A DNA stretch of 64,000 bases from Chitinophaga pinensis (GCA_945872815.1 CAMCAY010000002.1:22519-86518), one strand, 5' to 3'. Counted from the stretch's first letter, positions 50,490 to 61,034 are shown. Notes: generated from the sequence alone by a model not told the origin. Made by a program: numbers and translations.

Positions 50490-52682
50490 CTATCTTAACA
50501 AAATAACTGTTCCTTTTTTAGTAATTGTTTTTCCCGAGTAATCTAACCCTGACACAATCCAAACATAAGTACCGGTTGGCTGCTCCTTTTCATTACGTTT
50601 TCCGTTCCATCCTTCACGATTGCTATTTGTTGAAAACACTACATCCCCATACCTATTGAATATCTTGAAATAATCGAATCTCTTTAATCCAACATTAAAA
50701 GGTTTCAATACATCATTCAATCCGTCATGATTTGGAGTAAAAGCGGAAGGAATGTAAATATCAGGACCCTTGTATATTTTAATACTAATAGTGTCGAAAC
50801 TCTCGCAACCTTCCAGTGTAGAAGCTTTTAAATAATAAGTAATGTCACTGGAAACCGTTGCCACCGGATTGGAAATATTTGTTGCACTAAGTCCATAACT
50901 TGGCCACCACTGATAATTAATTCCTCCTACTGCCTGTAAATACAATGGTTGATTAGGTGCAATAATTGTATCCAGTCCTGCTAAGGCATCGGTTCCAAAA
51001 ACATTGATTGGGTCTGTTATTACATCAGATGGACAACCCTCACTTGAGATAGCATATAATGAAACAACATACTGACCATTGTTTGTATAAATATGTGTGA
51101 TTGGAGTTCCTTCATCCAAAGTATTGTCACCAAAATTCCAATGCCATTCATCAATGCCTATTGAAGTTGAGGTTTCATTGGCTGTAAAATGAACCGGCAA
51201 AAATTTACAAGTATCGCTGAAATGCATTTCTATTCTTGGTTTATCTGCAACATAAACTGTTTTAGTTATTGGAGTTGCCATACATGAACTTAAACCGGTT
51301 GAAGTTGTAACTAAAGTAACCTGGTGAGGTCCGGGATTAAGAAAAACATGCGTTGGGTTTTTGATTGTTGCAGGAAAGCTGCTATCGCTATAGGTCCATT
51401 GCCAATAATTAACAGAGCCAACGCTTACTGTGGATTGATCATGAAAAATTGTAGGAGAACCTATACAAACTGAATCTGTGAAGTCAAAGTTGTTTACAGG
51501 TCTTTCATGAATGTTTATTGGTCTGCGTAAAGTATCGGATCGGCATCCCATTTTTGTGGTAACAACAAATTTTATATTTTTAATACCTCCAGTTACATAA
51601 GCTGTAGAAGAATTTTGTAATGTTGACGTGATACCAGCATTATCAAAATCCCAATACCATGAAAATAATGTATCTGTATTTGCTACTGAGGAATGATCAA
51701 TAAAATTAATTGTATTAGATGAGCAACTATCAGTAATTGAAAAATCAACAATGGGGCTGTTTCCTATGATTACTGATTGAGGAAACAACTCTTCACAACC
51801 ATCCGGACTTACTACTTTGTAAACAACATTATAGGTACCAGGTGATGAATAGATATGAACAGGATTAACATTGACTGAGTCTATGGGGCTTCCATCTCCA
51901 AAATTCCAGTATCTTTTTAGTGCATTAGAAAAACTGGAAGTTGAGTCAATGAAAGTAATAGGTTCATTCACACATTTTTTTTGTGTGGGTGAAAAATGAA
52001 AATAAGGAGTAAGTGTAGTACAAAATTTTTGAGTGTTATACAAGGCTCCTGTAGCTCCCGTAAAACCCCAGTAAACCAAGCTATTTCCTCCAAATACGGT
52101 TGCTACAAAATCTCTGGTTGCGTTAACTCTGGCTACGCCATCAAAAAAAACTCCCATGTTTTTTGTTGTTGCATTCCAAACAATTCGCAATAAATGATTT
52201 TGACAATCTTCGACATTATCACTGGTGGAAGATACCCTGGTAATAGGTGTAATGGTATTTGCCGATGAATGATTTACATCCCCATTTAATTGTATGGCAA
52301 TGTGATCATAAAATGGGTCGTTATCAGGACTAGAATTCTGATATGTATCCAATGTTACCGCTACGCCGGGACTTATTCCGCCATAGCCCATTCCAGCGCC
52401 CGTTCCTCCAACACTTGTACTGATGGGTTGAAGTACAAATGCAATTCCGTCTGCTCCATTTGCATCCGTACAACCTAAAAAAACTTGAAATGTAAAATCA
52501 AAAGATTGAGCCAAGTCTATTCTGTTATTATTCCAAACAGAACCTTTCATCGTTGGCGCATTGGGGGTCAATGTGTAACAGTGACAATTGTCTCTGGATG
52601 CATTTCCATTTATTGTATACTGTGCAATTCCTTCTTTACATAAAAATGAAATGATTGTTAATATCAGAAAAGCTATCCGCAT
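50490..52682 (-). CDS. T9SS type-B cargo: L-type lectin + about 4 PKD + Ig-like + CHU_C CTD
   Basis: GADGIAFVLQ and WGFTGATG lectin motifs; WNFGDG PKD motifs; CTD IYIPSAFTPNHDGLND...KKGTVILLR. Confidence 0.88.
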   Translation of the reverse strand: MRIAFLILTIISFLCKEGIAQYTINGNASRDNCHCYTLTPNAPTMKGSVWNNNRIDLAQSFDFTFQVFLGCTDANGADGIAFVLQPISTSVGGTGAGMGYGGISPGVAVTLDTYQNSSPDNDPFYDHIAIQLNGDVNHSSANTITPITRVSSTSDNVEDCQNHLLRIVWNATTKNMGVFFDGVARVNATRDFVATVFGGNSLVYWGFTGATGALYNTQKFCTTLTPYFHFSPTQKKCVNEPITFIDSTSSFSNALKRYWNFGDGSPIDSVNVNPVHIYSSPGTYNVVYKVVSPDGCEELFPQSVIIGNSPIVDFSITDSCSSNTINFIDHSSVANTDTLFSWYWDFDNAGITSTLQNSSTAYVTGGIKNIKFVVTTKMGCRSDTLRRPINIHERPVNNFDFTDSVCIGSPTIFHDQSTVSVGSVNYWQWTYSDSSFPATIKNPTHVFLNPGPHQVTLVTTSTGLSSCMATPITKTVYVADKPRIEMHFSDTCKFLPVHFTANETSTSIGIDEWHWNFGDNTLDEGTPITHIYTNNGQYVVSLYAISSEGCPSDVITDPINVFGTDALAGLDTIIAPNQPLYLQAVGGINYQWWPSYGLSATNISNPVATVSSDITYYLKASTLEGCESFDTISIKIYKGPDIYIPSAFTPNHDGLNDVLKPFNVGLKRFDYFKIFNRYGDVVFSTNSNREGWNGKRNEKEQPTGTYVWIVSGLDYSGKTITKKGTVILLR

Positions 52683-52715
52683 TGTATGTATAATAATTAA
52701 ATGACTGAATTTAGT

Positions 52716-54653
52716 TTATCTAATGACGGTAACATCTCCTTTTCTCGTAAATCTGGTTCCATTTTTATCAACAACGTTTAGAATATAATAATACGTAGCG
52801 TCAGGTAATGGCATACTATTATGAGTTCCTTCCCAATTATTTTGATAATCTTTTGAATAATAAACCAATGAGCCGTATCTGTTATAAACTGTTGCCTCTA
52901 CATGATGAATACATGAAGCATCGAATACAATCCACTTATCATTATATCCATCATTGTTAGGAGTAAAAATTTTAGCAGGATTGAAGCAAGGTTGATTAAC
53001 AGTTAGTATCATTGAATCGGTTGAACTGCATCCAAAATCATTTTGAACAGTCAAAGTGTAGGTTGTTGTTTGATTAGGATTTGCAAAGGGAGTCAATGAA
53101 TTTGCACCAGTTAATCCGATGGTCGGGTTCCATAAATATGTTGTGCCCGTTCCGGAACCTTGTAAATATGTCCCTACACCTGCACTAATGCTTACACTTG
53201 GCCCTGCATTCGCATCTGAAGGAACAGGATTGACTGTTATACTTTGACTAGCAGATGAGATACAACCTGAAATAGTTGTAAATGTATAGGTAATTGCATG
53301 AGTTCCAATTCCCGCAATCTGAGGATTAAAAAATCCATTGGAAACATTTACCCCATTGCCTGAATACATTCCTGTACCTAATGCAATAAAAGAGACAGGG
53401 CTTCCTCCGGTTAATGCAAATGAAGGAGCATTTTCACAAACTGCACTTAATGGAGTTAATACAGCATTTGCATTTACACCCACTTCAATAGTTTTATAAA
53501 GAGTATCTGATACACAACCTTCCAATGTTGTTACTACAAATTTTATGTTCTTTGGTCCTGATAATGTATACAATGAAAAAGGATTAGGATCCGTTGATGT
53601 TTGTCCTGCATTATCTAAATTCCAAAACCACTGATTGATAGTTCCAAAATTTACATGTGAGGTATCAGTAAATTGTATTCCAAAATCATTGCAGTTTCCT
53701 GTAATTGAAAATCCTGCTAGTGGCTTGTCGGCAATGACTAATGTTTGAGGATACATTTGTTCACAACCATCCAATCCAACAACGGTATAGGTGACATTGT
53801 ATGAACCCGCGGAAGAATAAGTATGAACCGGATTTATATTTATTGAATCAATAGGACTTCCATCACCAAAATTCCAATATCTTTTTAAAACAATTCCATT
53901 AAAGCTGACGGTGGAATCATAAAATGTAATTGGCGTATTTGCACATCTTTTCTGTGTGGAAGAAAAATAAAAAGCCGGAGTCAATGGAGTACAGAATTTC
54001 TGTAAATTATGCAAAGCACCAGTTGCTCCTGTAAAACCCCAATATACCATACTATTTCCGCCCAGCACATTTGTAACAAAATCAAATTCAACATTTAATC
54101 TTTCTTGATTGTCAAAATATACAATCATATTTTTTAACAAAGCATCCCATATAACAGTTAGGTAATGATCCTGACAATCTTCGACATTATCGCTAAATGC
54201 AGAAATCGGAGTTAATGGAGTGATCGTATTGGCATTAGCGTGATTCACATCACCGTTCAACTGAATGGCAATATGGTCATAAGATGGATCATTCGCAACA
54301 TCAGTGTTTTGATAGGTATCTAACGTAACCGCTATTGCTGGCGAAATTCCTGCGTAACCCATACCACTTCCCGTACCACCTACACTTGTGCTGATTGGCT
54401 GCAAAACAAATGCAATGCCATCCGCACCATTGACATCCGAACAACCTAAAAAAACTTTAAATGTAAATTCAAAAGACTGATTAAGGTCAATTTGATTATT
54501 GTTCCAAACAGTTCCGGATTTTGTTGCTAAATCAGGTGTTAATGTATAACAATTACATGAGGTTTGCGTTGCATTTCCATTCACTGAATATTGAGCTGTT
54601 GCAAACTGATAACATAACAATAATAGAAAAATAAATTTTATTTTTTTCATCAA
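52716..54653 (-). CDS. T9SS type-B cargo paralog: L-type lectin + 2 PKD + Ig-like + CHU_C CTD
   Basis: Same lectin head as its neighbour; CTD FTPNNDGYNDKW...RKGDVTVIR. Confidence 0.88.
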   Translation of the reverse strand: MMKKIKFIFLLLLCYQFATAQYSVNGNATQTSCNCYTLTPDLATKSGTVWNNNQIDLNQSFEFTFKVFLGCSDVNGADGIAFVLQPISTSVGGTGSGMGYAGISPAIAVTLDTYQNTDVANDPSYDHIAIQLNGDVNHANANTITPLTPISAFSDNVEDCQDHYLTVIWDALLKNMIVYFDNQERLNVEFDFVTNVLGGNSMVYWGFTGATGALHNLQKFCTPLTPAFYFSSTQKRCANTPITFYDSTVSFNGIVLKRYWNFGDGSPIDSININPVHTYSSAGSYNVTYTVVGLDGCEQMYPQTLVIADKPLAGFSITGNCNDFGIQFTDTSHVNFGTINQWFWNLDNAGQTSTDPNPFSLYTLSGPKNIKFVVTTLEGCVSDTLYKTIEVGVNANAVLTPLSAVCENAPSFALTGGSPVSFIALGTGMYSGNGVNVSNGFFNPQIAGIGTHAITYTFTTISGCISSASQSITVNPVPSDANAGPSVSISAGVGTYLQGSGTGTTYLWNPTIGLTGANSLTPFANPNQTTTYTLTVQNDFGCSSTDSMILTVNQPCFNPAKIFTPNNDGYNDKWIVFDASCIHHVEATVYNRYGSLVYYSKDYQNNWEGTHNSMPLPDATYYYILNVVDKNGTRFTRKGDVTVIR

Positions 54654-54834
54654 CTGAACGATTTGAATTAAACAATCAATAAGTATCTATATGGATGTTG
54701 AATGTACATTTCTTACTAAAACTTCAATGGCACGTTTAATTCAGCCTAAATAATTAAAACTAGCAAAATAATCCTACAACATTCTATCATTTGAAGTTAA
54801 CATTTTTTTAGAAACTGATTTATATAAAATAAAA

Positions 54835-54857
54835 TAGCCGTTCAATGTGAACGGCTA
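54835..54857 (-). terminator. Intrinsic terminator of the small minus-strand gene
   Basis: Stem TAGCCGTTCA/TGAACGGCTA, 3-nt loop, followed on the minus strand by TTTTATTTT. Confidence 0.75.
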
Positions 54858-54882
54858 CAAAACATTAATTATTAATTTATAA

Positions 54883-55083
54883 TTACCAGGCTTTTTTGGC
54901 AACTCCATCTTTCACCGCTTGTAAAGCAGTTGCTTCTCCTAACATGGTAGTCATTTTATTTCCTTTGCCATCATGACCTTGAGCCATATACCCTCCACGG
55001 GCTGTTTTTGTTATTACTGCATCTTGCATGGGTACATTTTTTTCTTTTGTTTTCATGCAATAAGCGGTTAGCATTTTTGACAT
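54883..55083 (-). CDS. Small basic protein resembling DUF5679
   Basis: 66 aa, TAYCMKTKEK...GYMAQG resembles the AYCxKCK...(K/Q)G pattern recalled for DUF5679; has its own terminator. Confidence 0.6.
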   Translation of the reverse strand: MSKMLTAYCMKTKEKNVPMQDAVITKTARGGYMAQGHDGKGNKMTTMLGEATALQAVKDGVAKKAW

Positions 55084-55259
55084 CTTAATTGAATTTATTG
55101 TTAATAATAAAGTTTAGGGCATCCTTTCATTTATAGTACAGATGCTATAAGGTACAAGCTACTAAAAAAATTGATTTCGTCAAAATTCATTATATAATAA
55201 CTCTCCACACTATGTGCATATCCTTCATTTTTCAAAAAAATGAAAATAATCACAGTTCA

Positions 55260-57245
<1,986 letters not shown>

Positions 57246-57283
57246 TTAAAAATCTCTTTAAAATGGATAAAAATTAATGTAAG

Positions 57284-57291
57284 CAAATATA
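57284..57291 (-). promoter_or_regulatory. -7 box upstream of gyrB
   Basis: TATATTTG on the minus strand. Confidence 0.6.
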
Positions 57292-57503
57292 CCGAAAATA
57301 AAGGGGTTTTAAGCTAATTTATCTGCTGCTTTTGATATTGTTTTTCACATTCAAATTGGGGATAAAAAATCCACTGTTTTTTTATTCTTTCAAAACCCAA
57401 AAACTTAAACTTACAATCGTATTTACCAATAATTTAATTTGTAAAAATTTACTAATGCTTTGATGATATGCATTGTATTACCACTTTCCCCCAATTTGAG
57501 CAG

Positions 57504-57511
57504 TATATTTG
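57504..57511 (+). promoter_or_regulatory. -7 box upstream of the AraC gene
   Basis: TATATTTG; it overlaps the tracked TTG start, which argues for ATG 57521 as the real start. Confidence 0.6.
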
Positions 57512-57520
57512 CATATAGTG

Positions 57521-58462
57521 ATGAAAAACACCAACAACATACTAGATCTGGCAAGCAATGTGCCGCTCATGTACAATGAAGTGGAAGTGCTGCAGGATAT
57601 TGAAAGAAATGTACCCGGTTCGGTAAAATACAGCATCAAACGCATCCGAAAGCAGCCTCATTGGAATATCGAAGATATGGGCGTATTGGAATACCATATT
57701 AGTGAGCAAAACCCTGCTGAAAATTATATTGAACTGAGATTTTGTGTTGCCGGAAATTTTTATTGTAAAGAAAAAGAAAGTGAATGCAACTATTGTAAAT
57801 TCAATGCCTCGGGCACATGTGTTGAGAAAATTGAGAGTGTGGATGTGTTGAGTTTTACATACAGTCCGACTTATCTTCAGCAATTTGCGAAGGCCCATAA
57901 AAATGAAGAAAGTTTGTTTGAAAAAGTTGTGTCTTTTTCTCATACTCAATCCTTTTCTAAAACCACTTCGCTATGCTCCAAAACAATCAGTGCGGTGCAA
58001 GCTCTTTTGAATCATCCTTATACTGACACCAAGGAAAATATTTTCATCAATGCCCAAACGCAAATCATCTTATTGTATAGTACAGATTGTATGTTGGGAG
58101 AAAAAGCAGATGAGCAATTTAACTGCAAATTTTTGACCAATGCTGATGATCGTGAAAAAATAATAAAAGCCAGAGAAGTGCTCTTGCAGCATATCGGAGA
58201 ACCCATTACCATCAAGGCTTTGAGCCGAAAAGTGGCTATCAACGAATGTTATTTAAAAAAGGGATTTAAAGAAATTTTTGGCACTACCATTTTTGATTTC
58301 TATCAGGGGCAACGCATGGAACACGCAAAATATTTGTTGTACGAAAAAGGCCTCAGTGTTACGGAAGTCTCTTCTATGTTGGGCTATTCATCCATTTCGC
58401 ATTTCAGCACTGCTTTTAAAAATCATACCGGGATTAAACCATGTGAGTTGTTGGGGAATTAA
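57521..58462 (+). CDS. AraC-family regulator with Cys-rich N-terminal domain
   Basis: C-terminal double HTH (ITIKALSRKVAINECYLKKGFKEIFG...VTEVSSMLGYSSISHFSTAFK); N-terminal Cx6Cx6Cx2Cx7C. Confidence 0.9.
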   Translation: MKNTNNILDLASNVPLMYNEVEVLQDIERNVPGSVKYSIKRIRKQPHWNIEDMGVLEYHISEQNPAENYIELRFCVAGNFYCKEKESECNYCKFNASGTCVEKIESVDVLSFTYSPTYLQQFAKAHKNEESLFEKVVSFSHTQSFSKTTSLCSKTISAVQALLNHPYTDTKENIFINAQTQIILLYSTDCMLGEKADEQFNCKFLTNADDREKIIKAREVLLQHIGEPITIKALSRKVAINECYLKKGFKEIFGTTIFDFYQGQRMEHAKYLLYEKGLSVTEVSSMLGYSSISHFSTAFKNHTGIKPCELLGN

Positions 58463-58466
58463 AAGG

Positions 58467-58636
58467 AAGTCAAAATTCATAAGTAAAAATTCAAAACTAA
58501 AAAAGAATAGCGCCGATCCGCGACCGGTGAAAAAAAAAGAAAAAGGACTTTGTCCTTCTATTAGCATTTTTGAAAAAAAATTTAATTATTACAAATTCTT
58601 TATTATCCCACGGTTTAAACAGTGGGCTAGAAAAAC
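58467..58636 (+). repeat. Left ~170-bp composite direct repeat (DR-L)
   Basis: About 88% identical to 60807-60975 by hand alignment (64/66 over the last 66 nt). Contains a heptad tract, TAGCGCCGATCCGCGACCGGTG, AGGACTTTGTCCT and ATCCCACGGTTTAAACAGTGGGCTAG. Confidence 0.92.
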
Positions 58637-58713
58637 GTTTAAACAGCAACACGGTTTTAACCATTGAACAAGCGGAGCGAATTAAACCCTTGAACGTTGA
58701 ACTCGCTGCAGCA

Positions 58714-60624
58714 CTAATCCTTTATCAACCGAACAGAAAACCCTACTACTTTATTGAAGTTAAACCTGTGTATATCTAAACTTGTGCTACTAAGATAACG
58801 ATACCATGCAAAGGATGCATTGCTTTCAGTAGAACTCCACCAATACCCAAAATTTCCAACATTACTAAAGTAACCACTACTGAATCTACGGCCGCCGGGA
58901 AGTGCACCAAAACCACTGCTGTTAGTAGCTCCTGTATTGGGACTATTCCAATTTGTTGTTGATTTTAACATCCCTCCAACAGTAGTGTTCTGCCAGCCAC
59001 TTAACGTAGTGTCTGCACTTGGTTCTAAAAATTTTACTATTTTATTCCATTCACCATCTGTGGGAACATGCCATCCTATTGGAGCCAATCCCCTGGGATC
59101 ATTTACTGCAAACCAGTTATATAGTTTTCCATATTGCCAGTAATTCGCACTGTCATTGTTATACCAGCACCACGCACCGGTTGTAAGGTTTGCCCATTGA
59201 ATGGTATCAGTAACTTGAGGAATAGGATCTCCATTGCGATATGTTGATACATCGAGATTTTTATTGTCCCAAATTTGTGAGCCGATGGTGATTTGTGTTG
59301 GAAGAATTGTATCAACAGGACAAGGCCCCCAATGTGGCAAACCATTACACAAGGTAAGTGTTTGCCCATTAGTACCTGGACTAACGGTTACCCATACACT
59401 ATCTTTCCAGTACAACATTTGTCCATTAATAGTACCATTTTGAAAGCCATTGCCCGGAGGACCTTGCACACCTTGCAACCCCTGCGGGCCGGCAACACCA
59501 CTGTCTCCTTTATCTCCCTTCTCTCCTTTTGGGCCATTGGCTGCATACATCGCATAAGGCACACTCATCAGCTGTTGCGTACCAAGATCTACATATCCAT
59601 TACCCAAATCCATCTGCACCTGTAAAAACTTATTGGTATTAGCCCAATTGATAGATGCAAATGTGCCTTGTGTAGCTGTGCCTTTTCCTAAAACAGTATT
59701 GATTAATCCATGACCGTTGGTAGTGAGTGCATGTACTTCCTGATATTCCACACCACCCAATGCAGAATCTTTATGCAACGTAAACTGCGCTGTTACATTG
59801 GCGTTAGTCATAATCTGCCCCGATGCATTTCTAATTACCGCCTGATACGGAATGCCCGGTGGTACTGGCTTTGATATAGTATCTGTGTTGGGATTGTTTG
59901 TTGTTTGACCTGTGTATAATGCAGTGATTTCATCTTGAGTGAGGGCGCGGTTGTAGATAGCTATGTCATCAATTTTTCCAGAAAACCAGCAGTTATATGT
60001 TCCTGCTCCACCTCTTCTTCCAAATCTAAGAGGTATTGAACTTGTCCCTATATTTCCCATTAAACTTATTGAATCTAATTTAATACCATCAAGATAATAT
60101 CTTACAATATTTCCGTTAAATGTTGCTGTTACATTGTACCATTTATTTGCAATGTTTCCTGCAGATCCTAAATGAAAGTTGTCACCGATATTACCTATAT
60201 GAAAAATTCTTCCAGAATTTCCTCCAAGATAAATTTCATATCCACCATACCATGCTCCATCAACAATTTTTGAAATTATTGCATGTTCATCAATTGGAGA
60301 ATTAAAACTCCATAAATCAGAATTGAACCACGCAGAAATTGTATAAGCACTTGAAACAGTAATATTTGAAGAAGATTGGACTTCAATATAATTGCTATTC
60401 CCATTAAATAGATAAGATTTCCCAATGTTTCCAAACCTATCACTTGTCAAAGTTGCACCGTAAACTATTCCATTATTCCCATTCCCACTTTCATCATTCG
60501 CATTGCCATTAAAAGGCCACCATCCCACCAAGCCATTCGTTGGAACATAAGATGGAATATTGTTTTGTGCGAAAATTTGAATCGAACTAAATAAACAAAA
60601 AAGGAATAAACAAAGCTTGTTCAT
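58714..60624 (-). CDS. Secreted mosaic protein: LamG/ConA-like + YQAVIRN domain + collagen-like GXY + FISUMP (Fib_succ_major) domain
   Basis: Signal peptide; GLVGWWPFNGNANDESGNGN and GKIDDIAIYNRAL (LamG); about 10 GXY triplets; IGSQIWDNKNL, YGKLYNWFAV, GWHVPTDGEW, GYWWSSTE, GFSVRLIKD (FISUMP). Confidence 0.85.
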   Translation of the reverse strand: MNKLCLFLFCLFSSIQIFAQNNIPSYVPTNGLVGWWPFNGNANDESGNGNNGIVYGATLTSDRFGNIGKSYLFNGNSNYIEVQSSSNITVSSAYTISAWFNSDLWSFNSPIDEHAIISKIVDGAWYGGYEIYLGGNSGRIFHIGNIGDNFHLGSAGNIANKWYNVTATFNGNIVRYYLDGIKLDSISLMGNIGTSSIPLRFGRRGGAGTYNCWFSGKIDDIAIYNRALTQDEITALYTGQTTNNPNTDTISKPVPPGIPYQAVIRNASGQIMTNANVTAQFTLHKDSALGGVEYQEVHALTTNGHGLINTVLGKGTATQGTFASINWANTNKFLQVQMDLGNGYVDLGTQQLMSVPYAMYAANGPKGEKGDKGDSGVAGPQGLQGVQGPPGNGFQNGTINGQMLYWKDSVWVTVSPGTNGQTLTLCNGLPHWGPCPVDTILPTQITIGSQIWDNKNLDVSTYRNGDPIPQVTDTIQWANLTTGAWCWYNNDSANYWQYGKLYNWFAVNDPRGLAPIGWHVPTDGEWNKIVKFLEPSADTTLSGWQNTTVGGMLKSTTNWNSPNTGATNSSGFGALPGGRRFSSGYFSNVGNFGYWWSSTESNASFAWYRYLSSTSLDIHRFNFNKVVGFSVRLIKD

Positions 60625-60681
60625 GTTTTGGCAATTGATATATAGCAAGATAATGATATTTTGTAAATTTTAATGCAAACC

Positions 60682-60733
60682 AGGACAAAGTCCCGGCAAC
60701 TTTAATTGAATCACCGGTCACAGACCGGCGCTA
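60682..60733 (-). repeat. Inverted partial copy of the composite repeat
   Basis: AGGACAAAGTCCC (12/13 to the reverse complement of 60883-60895) and TCACCGGTCACAGACCGGCGCTA (22/23 to the reverse complement of 60848-60870). Confidence 0.88.
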
Positions 60734-60806
60734 ATTGAAAAGTAAAAAGGAAAAAGTTAAAATTAAAACCTTAAACCAGCGCAGCGAATTGAACCAACAA
60801 AGTAAA

Positions 60807-60975
60807 AAGTAAAAATTTAAAAGTCAAAAATCAAAACTAAAACACTCTAGCGCCGGTCTGCGACCGGTGATAAAAAAGAAAAAGGACTTTGTCCTACCAA
60901 TTTCATTTTTGAAAAACAATTTAATTATTACAAATTCTTTATTATCCCACGGTTTAAACCGTGGGCTAGAAAAAC
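60807..60975 (+). repeat. Right ~170-bp composite direct repeat (DR-R)
   Basis: Copy of 58467-58636 with perfect palindrome CCCACGGTTTAAACCGTGGG at 60946-60965; abuts the ileS promoter. Confidence 0.92.
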
Positions 60976-60986
60976 CCTAAATTCAT

Positions 60987-60994
60987 TAACTTCG
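60987..60994 (+). promoter_or_regulatory. Probable -7 box of ileS
   Basis: TAACTTCG, one mismatch to TAnnTTTG, 40 nt before the ATG. Confidence 0.45.
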
Positions 60995-61034
60995 CGGCTC
61001 ATTTTAGGTTAAATCATCAAGCAGGACGAAGTTT

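Noticed and set aside
58278-58779. Tracked ORFs 58278-58667 and 58570-58779
   Set aside because: They read through the AraC 3' end in another frame and across the REP/heptad repeat; best explained as repeat-derived spurious ORFs.
58714-58900. FISUMP C-terminus as a diversity-generating-retroelement variable region
   Set aside because: The fold is a known DGR target type, but I found no template-repeat copy differing at adenines, no reverse transcriptase and no avd gene in the window. A remote TR cannot be excluded without a genome search.
58467-60975. CRISPR array or integron attC array
   Set aside because: Only two long repeats and one partial inverted copy, with a 2-kb gene between them. 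There is no regular spacer pattern, no cas or intI gene, and no attC RYYYAAC/GTTRRRY ends.
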